Source of the DNA: Schmidtea polychroa
Taxonomy: Eukaryota
Assembly: GCA_044892525.1 (NCBI GenBank)
Contig: CM097885.1
Coordinates: 27,530,001-27,594,000 of the forward strand
Direction of reading: 5' to 3'
DNA: 64,000 bases
Shown here: positions 14,941 through 29,369 of the stretch, piece after piece
Position numbering within the stretch: the first letter of the stretch is position 1
Layout: the number at the start of each line of letters is the position of its first letter
Position numbers and translations under genes: made by a program
The notes under the pieces: model-generated
What the model was told of the DNA's origin: nothing
The model's input: only the letters and a program-made list of their open reading frames with translations
The model's database searches: none

Positions 14941-15899
14941 TTAATAACATTATGACCCAATAAATCAAATAAATGTATTGTTGATTGGATGTATAGCAAA
15001 AGTGACTGACATTTAATAGTCGATGCTTCACATTAAATTCTTTTGCAATAATTATCAAGAAGTCTTATTAAATTTTAATCCTATGTCAAATAATATTATT
15101 CAAATTTTTCGTGTTGCTATGTGCACAGATGACACCTAGTCCCTCCAATATACATGTGAAATTGCATCCATTACAAAATTTAAATGTATATTAATATGTA
15201 ATTTATGGACACACGTTTATTGAATTTGTTGAATAATATGGACTAATCAAATGGACATGAAAAAATAAATTTTTCATTTATAGTCGTAGTTAAAATAAAT
15301 GAAATGTTAAAGAAAACTAATCATAGATGAACATAAAATAAAGATTATTTATAAACTCTAGCAGCAAGTTTTGTTTGTTTTATAGCTAAAGATAATACAA
15401 ATTTATTACCTAGTAATGTTTATTAAGGATATGTGAAAATAAAAATTTCTCAAATGTACAAAGGATGGATTTGAGTCTCCTGGCGTATTTACAGAAGCAA
15501 CATACACCTTCAGATATCTTTAAGAATTTTATTAATTTAGTTATTGTTTTGGTCATTTTTCCTATACATCCTGATTACTTTTATTATTAACTAACAGTTC
15601 TTATAGACAATTTTACTTGCACACTTAATCGATAGATTTATAAAAATTAATCTTTGAAATCCAATTGATAATGTGGAATAAAATTCATTTACTACTAACA
15701 TTTATTAAAAATTCTTATATTTTAATAAGTGCTCTCAGTTAGCCGTTCAAAATTCAAGTAGTACAGCTTAGATTCATTGGTTAATTAGATTTCTGTTTTA
15801 TATATATATTACCATAAATAAATTGGATTTTTACATATTCGAAAAAACAAAATACAGAAACTGTATTAACACTAGAATAGTTTTTAATCTTTTAATAAA

Positions 15900-16650
15900 C
15901 AAATTTTCAACTTCCCTCGAAGTTTTTCTGGCTTGACCGTGATTTTTTATATCGCCTGAATTATCATATTTCCGCATCAAGTTAATTTTCTAAACTACTA
16001 AATAAGTGGTAATCTTACGGTGCTAAGTCAGCTTAATACCATTGATGGATCATTTATACCAACCAAAATCTTCTAACTTTAGTGTGTTGATTTCGCTAAA
16101 GTACATTTACCTTGGTGAAAAATTATACTTTGACTATGTTTTATTCAATATTTCAAGGTATTGGCAGTAGACTTCTACAGTTAGTATTTGATTATCATTT
16201 AGCAGCTTGAAATAAATAATATCATCTTTATTCCACCATAGTCACAGCAGGACCTTTGATGAACCCCTGAACTTAGTTCAAGAATTGACAGATAAGTCAC
16301 TTCTTCGACATTGTACACTATATAATATCCATTTTTCATGTCCTGTCATAATACGATTTAAATATACACATTTAAAATATGAGTGTCAAGAAGATCATAC
16401 ATTTGCACTTTGGCATAAAATTGGAAATGATACATCGTATGATACTAATTTTTTAAAGTGTGATACCTTACTAAAGCTTTCAAATGACGCTAAACGGTTA
16501 AATAAAGACTTCAACTATAAATTTCAACAATTTTTCATCAAAGCTAATTGATTATCTTTTACAAAGTTTGACTTCTAGACTACCATCATTATATAAAAAA
16601 TTCTGAATCCACTTTTAGCATTTACAAACGCTAAAAATTTCTTCACCATA
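15900..16650 (-). pseudogene. mariner transposase remnant
   Basis: Minus strand: LNRIMTGHEKWILY, KVLL*LWWNKDDIIYFKLL...YCQYLEIL and DLAP*DYHLFSSL, matching the mariner TGDEKW and SPDLAPSDYHLF motifs. Confidence 0.8.
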
Positions 16651-19600
16651 TAATTCATCAGTCCTTTTTATTTATATTTATATATTTATATTTAAAAAAA
16701 TAGTGCAATATTAGATTTTGATTATTTTTCGATTTTTCCTTAAAATGGTCTAAATTTGGAATTAAAAAAATAAAATGAAATGCGATAAATTTCATGTTTA
16801 ATTATGATTTGTAACAACTTTTAACTGTTATATTTTGAATTGAAGAATAGCATCATAATTTAGAAGATTACCGAATACAAGTATATTATTAAAAAGTGTT
16901 TCTTTTGAAGGTTACATTGTAAACTTTTTATTTAAATATTTCTTTAATGAACACCGTCTAAATATACATAATGTGCACTGATTAATAAACTTGTAATATA
17001 TTTTCTCTTTTTCTTAAATAACGCTACGTTGAATAACCTCATAATCCTCCACTGCAACATAAAACTAAATTATACATAAGTAGTTAAAAATTAATTTTTT
17101 TTTATAAACTCGATCTGAATTATCCATATAACTCGCTATATGTAACTCTCAACAAATAGAAAATAATTACTTATTCAAATAATATTGATACTGTGAAATG
17201 TGCGCGCAATAAAAAAAATCTTTCAATTCTTTTCTAAAGAATTTTTGACAATGTCTTTATTTAATAGTACAATACAATATAAAATTTACGAACAATTAAA
17301 TAAAGTTTGTGAAAATGGGACATTTAAGTTCAATATGTACTTCAGTTAAATGAATACATATATCTAGATAAGTCTATCAAGGGTAAATTATAGTTCACAA
17401 AATTTAAACTATTCGAAAATTCTCAGCTCTCACACTTTCATAAGTACTCTTCTGTTCGTCATAACTCTGATATTATTTATCATTTTGGTTCTACTAGCTA
17501 GATCAACAATCTGTCCTCTCTCCGATGATACTACTCTACGACTGTTATCATGTCTGCCGAAATCGGCGTTTTTGTTTTCCAAATAAAAATGATTAATGTC
17601 ATCAACAAAACTATATTTAATTAATTAATTTGTATTTTTACAATTACATTTTCTGAGGCCTCCGCGTCAATTAAAAATTATTAAATTCGTCTTTATTATT
17701 ACATTTAAAATTTTTTTTTAATTAATTCTACATTTAAATTTTTATTTTATCAAATCTTTGCATATCCTCAACATTATTAATTTAAGTTTTGTCATGAAAA
17801 GAGGATATTTTTTATAACTCTTGTTAGTCACAGAATTTCTTGTTTTAATTGAATCCATTTAAAATTAAGATTTCGAATACAACGTCTTATTATCTTATCA
17901 TAAATAGTATTTAAACAAATCACATTATACTTTTTTTGAGGAAATTTTTGATCCAATTGGTCGTAATGATTTTTGATTCTAACTAATACATTAATAATAT
18001 ATAATATTTTATTGGTTCAATTGATTAAATGCACTTTAAGGATATTCCATCGGTAGATAATTCACGGTGCAGGGGTCACATTATACACAGCAGCCAATAT
18101 AAGCATTAGTCTCAGTGATCATTTTCTGTGAATAATATAAATTCTAAATCTGTTTTTCGGTTCATTAAAAAAATCCATTTATTTAAATATTGTTTTTATT
18201 GGCTCGAATACATTTGCAATATTTTTTATAATCAATCATGGATTTTTTTCGTTGAATAATACTTAAAATTCAGATCAAAGTTCATCAAGATCATTTATTA
18301 CACTATTTTCATCTGTTTCAACTGCAATTTCAATTTGCAATACTCGACTTTATCAGATTCCAATTCACCAAAATTATAATCGGATCTTGTACATCAGTTT
18401 AGTATTTTTATTTAGCTATGAACTTATGTTGATACTTCTGTAAAGAACCTTTGTAAAATGACAATAAAATATCAATAATAATTTGAAATCTTTAGTTTTT
18501 CAGCGAAATATGGCTGGTGTCGAATTTTGCATATTTTTAACGAATATTTATATTCTTTTACAGATTTTCAAATATTTTCACTACGAAGTTTCAAATTCTT
18601 TGAACTTATTTTGTGTGCTTAAAAACTTTCATATTTGTTTTTTGGAGTATCTGAATATATATAAAAACAATTCATTTATATTTGATAACAAATAATACGA
18701 AATGAGAAGATTTCTTTCATGCTAAATTTACTGTGGGGTCGTATATATTTATGTAACTAATTAAATGCCACATTCGAGTTTAAAATAGCTATTTTTTATA
18801 TATAAAATTTATTATCAATTCCTATTATCTTAATTTTAGATCATTGTTAATATTTTTATTTATTTAATATGAATTTTCGGCACAACTTTTTATAAATTGA
18901 TATTAAATAAATAAAAATATTGATCTATAATCTGAAATGAAAATAATTGATAATTATTATGTGGTTAATAAATGTTTATATAATTATAACAACTTGCAAT
19001 AAATATTCGTATGTTTGCAATTCCAAGACACATCTTGTAAATTATTTCAAATGTTTCCAAATCATTGTGATAAAATCAACATTTCCCTTTATATTATAAT
19101 AGTTTGAATTGCTAATACAGTTTTTTCTATAAAATTCTTTCAAAAATAATTCTTTAGGAAATTTTCAGAAAAATTAATTTTATCAATATATTAAATAGAA
19201 AAAAATTAAATTTATATTTATGAAATGTTAGGAGTATTTGTGAAAAATACAAAAATAGTATGGCAGAACTACTTTTAACTTGCTATTATTAATTTATTCA
19301 CGAAGTGCTTTGTCTTTCTTTTTACATCACAGTTATAAAATAATAGTAAGAAAATAGTTGAAAATAGTTGAAAACTACGCTTTCTTGGTAGCAATAAAAA
19401 TTATGTCAAATAATTATTTAATGGTAAAATCAACTTTTGCTGCAAGTTTGTAAAACTTGTAAATGTAAAACTTGCAGATATATATATAGACGCTCATCAT
19501 ATATTTTATTTATTACTTAACCGTTTTGGAAATATCCAAATAAAATATTCAGCAAATACTTCCATAAAAAAGAAAATTCATTTTAAATGATTCAAAAAAA

Positions 19601-19933
19601 GGAGCATTATTGCAGAACTTATTAGATTTAGATTTTGACAATTACTGCTAAAAATAACCCAATACAATAAAATTCCCCCAAAATTGTCAACTCTCATTAC
19701 TAGTAAACATTAATACCTATTTAAATAATTTCTCTTTGCCCCATAGTAACGGTCCTAGAAAATCTTTATAAGCCATTTTAGGTGGTTTTAATATATCTAC
19801 TGATTTTTAATTTGTTTGATAAATCTAAAAGAAAATTTTACTTAAAAGACATTTACAAGTGCAAATTATTCCACATTTCTCTTATTAATTAGAACCAGTC
19901 TCGAGTTTGTGAATATTTATTTGAAATTTTCAG

Positions 19934-20081
19934 TGAATCCAAGAAAAACAAAGGGAATATCCTAAAAAATTCAGTGGAATATGTGACTCGGTTGAAAAAC
20001 GAATTTAATAATACATCAAATTATATTAAAGAAACAGAAATGGCATTTATGTTACTGGAGAGTTATCGAAAAAGAAATCAG
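19934..20081 (+). CDS. mitf-like: MITF-like gene, exon with helix 2 and zipper
   Basis: ttttcag|T GAA TCC... reads ESKKNKGNILKNSVEYVTRLKNEF...YRKRNQ|gtattt (cf. MITF NKGTILKASVDYIRKL). The phase fits the upstream exon. Not present in the ORF track. Confidence 0.88.
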
Positions 20082-20384
20082 GTATTTCATTTAATTGTTA
20101 GATAATATTTTAATAAAATTATCAAGATTTATTTGTGATAGCACTTTTAACATCAATAATATGATATAAAATCAATATATAAAAATTATTCGTCAAAGCA
20201 CCTAAATTGACACTGAATCGTAAAACAATGAAGTGTAGGAATTCTATATATTATAAAAACCTTTTTTTCAATTTTCGCCACTGATTTCTTTTCCATTGTA
20301 TTTATTAAATAGCTTGAAGACTATGAATTAGTAAATATATCAACAATATCGATAAATTCACTGATTCGTACTGATATATATATA

Positions 20385-20595
20385 CCGTATATACTCGTGT
20401 ATAAGCCGAAGTGAGTTTTTATAGTCAATTTTTTGTCCAAATTCAAGAACCCGTATATAAGCCGAGGTATATAAGCCGTATGTTTTTTTGGCTGCCAAAA
20501 AATATTGGTTTTTGTTACCCGTATATAAGCCGAATGGAAAAAATTAGCTTAAAAAATTGCCCAAAATTTCTCGGCTTATACACGAGTATATACGG
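20385..20595. mobile_element. pogo-type MITE (211 bp)
   Basis: Perfect TIR CCGTATATACTCGTGTATAAGCCGA, TA flanks and internal tataagccg repeats. Confidence 0.9.
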
Positions 20596-20639
20596 TATAT
20601 ATACATATATATATATATGATATATATATATAACTTTAT

Positions 20640-21010
20640 TAAAACAAAAGTCATAGGTGTATCATGTCCATAAAAATCATTTACTTTTAAAAAGCACTAT
20701 ACTAAAGCAGAAATATAAAAATCAGAGGTTGATCATGTATTTGTACTACTTTTTGTCAATTGCATTAATTATGTAATGTAATTATACAATAGTGGCAAAA
20801 TTTTCACTAGGAATTAGATGAATCAAAAACTTCAGGTAGATCTTATTGACTTCCAAAGTTTACTGAACGTGAATTTTAGATTTATTATGCACTATCGGAT
20901 TAAATTCATTTTGTACTGCTTCAAGAAAGAGCAAAGGAAGTATCTCAGTTTGTGATAAGTATTTATCTCGAGTATGTCGCTTCTCATGTTTTACACATTT
21001 CACATATTAT
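20640..21010 (+). pseudogene. KRBA2/SCAND3-like (Ginger-related) integrase remnant
   Basis: MNQKLQVDLIDFQSLLNVNFRFIMHY and ERAKEVSQFVISIYLEYVASHVLH resemble QVDLIDMQ...FILHYQDH and KRAEEVA...GAPxILQ. Confidence 0.65.
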
Positions 21011-23319
21011 AGAAACGCGTTACATAATTCATGGAATGAGCAAAAAGTTGCACAAATATATTTCATTTTAACATAAATGTTCTCAAATATTATACTACTA
21101 AGATAGCTAAATGGCTTGATTTGATAATACGATTCTCACGAAATTTTTAAAGAAAATCTATCCTAGATGCTTTTTGATACATACTGTCTCTACTTTAATT
21201 ATACACTTTCCTTTAATTTAGTCCCTTCTAATTGTACTTTAACATTATTATTGGTATAAGAGTTATCAAGCATTTTCGGTTTAGATCTTACACATATGAA
21301 AAATTCAAAATAAGCTTACTGATTTGCTTCAAACCTGACGGATAAAGAGTTAAACCTTGTTTTCTGACTCATTTAGGAGCTGAAAATTTTATTTCAGTTA
21401 TTTTTTCCTAATAAACCTGCACAAAATCCTTATTCAGTCTGAATTTTTCACTATTATCATCCTTGCAGGAATTACTGGTTTCCTAACAATCAGGTTATAT
21501 CCATTGGTTTTCTCAACTAAAGTTTGACAACGTGAAAATACCATAATTAGAAATTCACCACCTCCTTTTGAAATATATTTTGAATAGACCCTTTTTCACC
21601 AAATATTCCTTTATTAAATGTTTCCTGACAATAATCATTAATGATTTGGAAATAATTGAGCATGTAATCTATGGAAGTTTGGTTCATTGGAAATTGAATT
21701 AAAAAGAAAGAGGTGCCATGTAATTCGAATTTTGGATCCGATATTGATCAGTCGAGGAATAAAAAAATTTATAAATTTTTGACAATATTAAAATCCCTAA
21801 TTATATCACATTGCTCGTCTTGGATGATGAAATTGCGGTAAATTTACCGGGATCTCAATCACAATTATATTATGTATTATATATTACATTACACTATTGT
21901 CTATAACAATTCTTTTAAAATAACTTAATTGACAATATATTTTAATTGAAAATATTCCATTTTTATTTCAATGATATCTGAAAATCGACTTAAATCAACT
22001 GATAATAAAATCAATACAATTTAATAAATATTTTTAATATAAAAAGTGATTTTAAAATTTTTCAATATTTTCAGTTATTATTTTTATGAATAAATAATTA
22101 AACATACGATTTAACAATAAGGAAGCGCCACGCAAACATTCGATTTACAATATATTCCGAAGCTTTCTTATCATTAAGAAGTAACATTTTAAATTTTTTC
22201 AATAAATTATATTCAATTTAACCAATTATTTCGATTATATCAATGATGGTAAACCTTTTTGACAAATGGATCCAAATTTTGTTTAATCAAACGGTGGCTT
22301 AATCATAGTGTAGATTTTTAAGCAATTCTAATATGCATGGATATTTTGATTTTATTTACATCAAATATGAAATATACAATTTTTTAATAAATAAAATAAA
22401 ATTTAAACATTAAAAACTATTAAATTAAATTTTCATAATTTAATTTTACTTCATCTTAGCACAGTTAATAACTCTTAAGTGGCAAGTGTTAAAGTTTTTA
22501 AATATAATAGACCTACAAAAACGTTTAAAGCTAATTTTTGTACACTTTGCATTAACAATCATTAACAATCACCAAGCTTTGTACATTGAAATTTGATTTC
22601 GTAATTGAAAGTTGTGGATATTAATTCCAATTTATCTTTTTATTATTATATAATAAAATTTAAAACAAACAATTTAAAATTTATTTCTTTTTCAATAAAA
22701 GTTTAAAGCATACTTATCTTCTGTTATTTATAAAGAAACCAGTGTAACTTGAGACTCAGATTTCCTAACCTCAGTTCTTATCAGTTTATATGTCTAACTT
22801 TGTAATTAGAAATGTTGGCAAGTTTGAGAATTAACTGGGTAAATGGAATAAGTAATAATGTATATAGTGTATTTCTTAGGCAGCTAGCAGTTAATAAATA
22901 AATGATTGAAAAGAAAAAACAGTCTTTAATTTTCGTTTTCGGTACTAAAACATTAATCAATAAACAATTAATTCACCACTGTCATGATTACCACAAAGTT
23001 CGTAACGCATTGATGGAAAGTAAATGTATAAGTAAATAGAGTTGCTGTAACTATTTTAGCACACAAAAAATAAAAAAGTTATAAATGACAAAAATTTTAT
23101 TGTTGCGCATCTAGATAACTTTTGTTCAAAATTGACTGATAACCTAAAAAGATGTTGACATAACTATTGTATGTACCTGTCCTATGATAGTTGTATTGAG
23201 GCGTTGAATAATAATAATAAATTAATTTCAAACAATATTAAAAACAAATTTGAATATAACTATTCATTCCATTTGAAAACAACAATAAAAATTCACATAC
23301 CCTCAGTTCAACACCGAAA

Positions 23320-23830
23320 TTATTTAAAAATATTCGAAACACGATTGTTCACAGCATTTTGCACATTAATTTATGAATCTAATGATTTTATCAACAACGC
23401 TTCACATATCAGACATGCCTATTTTAGTCATACATCTCTTATGTGCTCACAAATAAAATTAATTCCTTCGGTCGACGGTGTTCAAGAACTTGAGTACAGA
23501 TATGACAGGAAATCTCTTCAATGCATGTGGCGTTGCACTCATAAATTGATAAAAGCGATATGAACACAACCCAACTGGAGTTTTAGACTTATTAATTGAC
23601 ATGTTACGTACTTTGCATGGATTAGAAACAGTTTTATAATTTAAATTACTGAATTACTTGCTTATCTTTCTTTTATAATCTGTAATACCTACCAAGTACC
23701 GCAATAATATTACATGCATTATTATTAATGTTATTTATCTCACCATGTGCGATTACCTTTGGTTAGATGAATACATTTTGAACACTTCCTCGATCATTCA
23801 ACATAATTTTTAATACGTGTGTTTCAAGCG
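23320..23830 (-). pseudogene. Penelope-like GIY-YIG remnant, same family as 37988-38684
   Basis: Minus strand reads CNATCIEEISCHICTQVLEHRRPK and ICEALLIKSLDS*INVQN. DNA is similar to 38425-38680. Confidence 0.75.
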
Positions 23831-26468
23831 ACTTATTAAAATACGATGGTATTATTTAAATTAATTATATTTAGTGATGTTTCATATGGTTGAGCATTCT
23901 ATATCAATGATATTGTTATCATTCGTTTATATTTTTACTTTCAATTGAATTTTTATTAAAAATCAGAATTTTGTAGAAGTATAAAATATTGATCTGATCG
24001 AAAAAGCGTTTGGTAGAGTTATTAAAACTACCTGACCACTACCTAGAACATCTTCAAACCAATTATGGCTCCTATAATATATTTTGGTAATTCGAACCAT
24101 TTTATAATATTTTCTTTTTTATGCGTTCTACCAAACTTACTATTTTATTAAATGTTTTTCCCGTAAAAGTAATTTCCTATTTGACATCCTTTTTAGTCTA
24201 ATGCTATGTTAGCACCAGTCTTTGGAATTTATGATCAGGTAATAAAATATTTCCCTATCTGATTTAGGAATATTCATTATTGTTTTTATTTAATAAGTAT
24301 TTAATGTCCTTTTTAAAATAATCTGTAATTTATATGCAAACATGGCCTATCTATTTATTTTACTAAGCGTTCTCTCGTTCATTAGAATCACATTTTTAAA
24401 TACTCTTTACAACGTATCTAGAGATTTATAATCATCTGATCTTATGAACCAGATTCAGGAGATGCCAACGTTTCCAAATTATTAACGCTTAAATGAGTAT
24501 AATCAGTCGAAGGAGAATAACAGTTGCTTCTGGGATAAATTCTTTTAATAGGTCTTCAAAAACATCAGCAGATCGGTTGGCCTTAGCAAGTTTCCATGTG
24601 CAATCCTAAATAGGTCCAGGCAACCAATGATTCTCTTTTCATTCATCTTGCGGTTTAATCGATTTGAAAATATCTGCGCCATATTTATGTATTTCATAAA
24701 TATTTTCTTTGATTTTCTAAGCTATATAATATAAACTAACATATATTCCAATTTTCGTTTCATCACTACCTGATAATATTTTTGGTCTTACATTGCACAA
24801 ATCCTCTATTTCTGGTATTAAAATATTAATTGCAACTTCTGATCTAACATTTGCTTCGGCTGATCGGAGTGGATAAATTGCCAGTGAATTAAAAATAGTT
24901 TTGTGTGTGATCAATTTGCACTAAAGTTCTTAATACAATAGTTGGTCAACTATAAACTATTATTCATAACTATTTGTATTGATCAACTCGTGATGATAAA
25001 CTTTGTTTATCGAAAATGTAGTTTCAAATTCAAAACGAATATTTGGGCTGTATTTTATTTGTAAATCGTGAAAACTTTATAAATAATGTATTTAATCAAT
25101 AATATACATTCCATTATTTTCTACCAGTGTATTTCCGGTTGCTTTCAATTTTAGTATACCCTACTTGTAAAAGCCCACTTTGGATTTCAAGTAAAATAGG
25201 GATTCGCTTCAATTGATGGGAAATTTTGGTAGAAAGGAATCAAAAGTCAAAAGGTCCATTACGTAATTTAATATATTTTTCTTCATTAAACAAAATAACT
25301 ATTATTTCTCATTGGAAATTTCGACATTACATTTTCTCCAACCCAATATTATTAGATATTAACATTTTTTTAATATTTCAATTTATTTACTATGATTACC
25401 CATTTATATTGCATTCGGTTTGGCATCTTTGATAAACTCAATAAATGTAAAACAATTTTATTTTATTATTTATTAGAGACTGGATTTCCAATGTAAACTA
25501 TAAAATTTGTTTGAAAATAAATATATCTAGAAGTGTTTAACCTTTGACCTGTATCAAAAAATATTGGTAAATGATTTTCAAATTGGTTTCGAAATGTATT
25601 AAATCATTTGAACCATTTATATAGATATACATTTAATGAGATATATAGGACCTTGGTTTCAATCGTATATATTCAGTTGTTATTGGTTCAGTATCATTGA
25701 ATCATCGAATCATTGAGTGTATATTTATAATCTTTATACAATTCTAAATGATATTCCAAAGGAAATATATGAATACAAATATTTAATAATTACATTAAAT
25801 ATTAAATTGCAATTCTCGAATTGTTAAATCGAACATAAACATTTTATCTCGTTTCCTATTCAAGAATTTCGTATTATATTTATTGTAATTATACCTTCTC
25901 GCAATCAATTAATGTGACAGTAAGCTGTTTGAAAACAATTATCAACGTCAATAAGCCCCTACCTTATTAAAAGTTATGCAATCTTACAACACAATCTTCC
26001 ACATAAACGTTCTCTAATTTTGAAGTCCAGCAAGTGAAAATCTTTTTTACACTAAAAATTACCTTACCTTACCCATTCTCTCATTACTTTCAATATCTCA
26101 TACTTCTGTATATTAGTTGAAGCATGCCCGCAACTACGGCTCCACACTCTCAACAACCACTAAGAACCGGTGGATAAACGGAATTTGTTACAAATAATAT
26201 AATTTTATTATCAAAAATTATATAATTTTTTTTCTGTTATAATATTTTGTTTAGAATTCGTTTATTGTTGTATATTAACAGTGTATGTTACAAAATTAAA
26301 GAATTCTTACTTTAAATATACAAAATAATTAGTCTTTTATAGTAAAGTTTTCTTTCTTTATTTTATTTTCTTAAAATCGTTTATAAGACCTTGAATGTTT
26401 ATAAGTTTGGCTTCAGTTGCTTTCATATTCATAAAGACTAAACCTTTTCGTTGCTCTTAACGTGTATA

Positions 26469-28753
26469 CCGTATTTTCGCGCATATAACCCGCGGGTTAT
26501 ACAAGTTTTTCCAAACGAATGGCAGCTGTGCGGGGTATACAAAGGTGCGGGGTTTACAAAATTTATTTTACTCATAAACATAGCATAACGGAAACTATGG
26601 ACATACCGGTGGGTCTTTATACCTCCTATAGTTCGCTGTGTGGTTGTGAAATGTACATTGGAAAGCTTTATGAACATCTCATTATAAACCTCAAGAAAAC
26701 AAATAGTACCGATGCGGCAGAGAATCTTTAATATACTAGTAATCAAATGTAACAAGTAGGTAAGCAACTAAACTAATTTGCCGATACCAGTAGTGTCGAA
26801 ACGTATAGACTACAATGCATGCAATACAGCCGCAATCAATCGCCAGTCTCACTAATGTCACTGTCCTCGCTATAGTTAGTGAAGCCATCGAAACTCGTAT
26901 CATATTCACTGTCTTCTTCAAATAAGCAAAGCATGTTGGCAACAGCAGTTGGGTCATAAATCGACTCTTCATCACTATCATCATCGTCAGTATCAGCGTT
27001 CACATTGTCGGCCGAAATGAAGCTGCCCTCTACTGCTGGCTCTGAATTAGCTTCACTAACTGTTAGCAGGCCAGCCTTCTTGAAACCATTGCGAATAGTT
27101 TCAGTGCTGATTTGCTGCCACGCTGCCAGAACCCATTTGCATACTTCAATGTACGTAGCACGTCTCTGCTTTCCTGATGGTGTGAATGTGTGTTCTCCTT
27201 CACTCATCCATTTCTCCCATTCGTTGCGGACAAAACACTTGAATGGATGATTAACAGCGATGTCAAGTGGCTGAAGCTTACATGTTAAGCCACCCGGAAT
27301 AACAGCAATGTGCGCACCGGTCTTATTGATCTGTTTGTGAACAGACGGGTCTTTGTTTGCAGCCATTGCATCAAAAATCAACAACGACTTTGGCAGAAAG
27401 AATCCACCCTGTCTAGCACGAAAGCATCGTTCAGTCCACTCTTTCATCACGTCCGTGTTCATCCATCCTTTTTTGTTGCACAGTACGATTGCTCCCTGAG
27501 GCAGTTTCTCACATGGCATTGTCACTCTTTTGAATATAATCAATGGTTTCAACTTCTCACCGGCAGCTGAGCACGCCAGGACAACCGTGAAGCAGGTGCG
27601 TTCATGTCCAGTTGTGGTAATAGCAACCATTTTACAACCACTTTCCGCTACAGTACGAGTTGCCGGAATATCAAAAGACATGGGTACCTCATCCATATTA
27701 GAGACAGCAGAAGGATTTAAATTCTGTTCAACGATATCCTTTCTAACAAATTCCTGAAAGTCGTTAACTTTCACTTCCCAATTCTCTGGCAGTTTCTGGC
27801 CAACAGTTGTCCGTGCACGAACCGACAGCTGATTACGTGTCATGAATTTAAAAACCCAGTTGTTGCTACCGGTGAAATTATCCATCTTCATTTCAGCAGC
27901 CATTATTTTCGTCTTCAGTTTGATACCAACAGTTGACACTGCCCTGTTGTTTTCACGCTGAGAGCGAACCCATGCTGCGAGGTTTGTCTCCAGCTGTGGC
28001 CATCTAACCTTTCCCCCTCGACGAGCTCTTTTGCGGGGATTAATTTACTGTAGACTTTCAATGTCTTTTCGCCATTCGCGAACTGACTTTTCATCAACGT
28101 CATACTGTCTTCCAGCAGCTCTATTGCCCTTTGTAGCAGCAACTGCACAAACTTGCAGCTTAAAATCGGCTGTATATGAATTACGTTTTGGCATTTTTAG
28201 GCTTAAAAGACTTTACTGAGTACTGATCAGAATTTATACACTTTTTTTATACACTTTAATTGCACGTGCTGCACACTATACGCTACGAAGTTCAAACTAC
28301 AAGAATACCCGTGCTGCTGATTACCCCAGGAATTAATAGCCTACACAATAAGGCCGAGCACCAGCCGATGCACAATCAGGCCAATCGTAGGGCCCAGCTC
28401 AGCTGCTGCAGCAAATCTTTCTCCTACCATCACCAGATAACTAGGTCAACGACTTTCTGTCAAAACAACATACTACAGATACGACGTAGGCTCGTATCGT
28501 ATTTCACACGCGTGTTGCACTCCATGTATCGCTTGTTGGAACAACAACTGCAGCACGATTGCGTCTCGAGGGACAGACGTCTGATAAGCAACAACCTTAT
28601 GTACTGGTAGTTTACGGCAAGTCTCACTTTGCACATGCGGGGTATATAAGGGTGCGGGTCGTACGACTTTGTTTTTACTCATTATGTAATTTGTGCAGGG
28701 TATACGCGTGTGCGGGTTATGCGCGTATGCGGGGTATTTGCGCGAAAATACGG
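26469..28753 (-). mobile_element. Full-length pogo DNA transposon (DD35D, Passer/POGK-type), 2285 bp
   Basis: TIRs CCGTATTTTCGCGCA(T/A)ATA(A/C)CCCGC, with a TA duplication at 26467-26468 and 28754-28755. Visibly GC-richer than the flanks. Confidence 0.95.
26836..28194 (-). pseudogene. pogo transposase (HTH + CENP-B HTH + DDE_1), one in-frame stop at codon 50
   Basis: ATG at 28194 (MPKRNSYTADFKLQV...) is in frame with ORF 26836-27939. TAA at 28045-28047. Catalytic NMDE, IFDAM and QPLD, with 35 residues between the last two Asp. Acidic tail. Confidence 0.92.
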
Positions 28754-29369
28754 TACTCGCGCCTGACATATTGCACAGTTAAATCTGCAGGATAGAACAT
28801 GATTCTTAAATTTAAAAAAATAATTGTTAACTGCTATTTTTTTTGAAAAACGTTCTTTCAATTGAAGCGACAGTGATTGTTAAAAAATAAAATCAACATC
28901 GAACAAACTTCCGTGAAACTTGCTCTCAGCTCAACATATTTAAAATTATTAAATCATCTATTTTCTGTAATGTTTTGATTTTAAAATAGCGAAGCATGTA
29001 GAACTGTTTACACTGGAAAACAATAAAGATTACTTTTGCGTTATTGTTGCAAAGCCATAGTCTTATCAATTAATTAAGTAATAAAATTATAAATTAATAT
29101 AATAACTCATAAATCTAGTATTCTATGGTAGTGACCCAGTAAACTGAGTTTCGATTAAAAATTTCGGGGTCACCGTTTTCTACTTGGGGCCAAACATTTT
29201 ACAAACTGTATAGATAATAATGAATGTTTATAAAATTTAAAAATATTTACCTAGTTACTTATTATTAAAAAATTGTATCATAGATGAAAAAGTTGTTAGG
29301 TAATCATTATTTCTTACAGTGGGTTAGTACGTTATTTTAATTTTTATGGATATTATAGATTCTTGTACT

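Noticed and set aside
23171..23563. 130-aa plus-strand ORF as a gene
   Set aside because: It is the antisense shadow of the minus-strand Penelope GIY-YIG remnant.
27005..28795. Several overlapping ORFs within the pogo element
   Set aside because: They are alternative-frame or antisense ORFs expected in GC-richer DNA and have no motifs.
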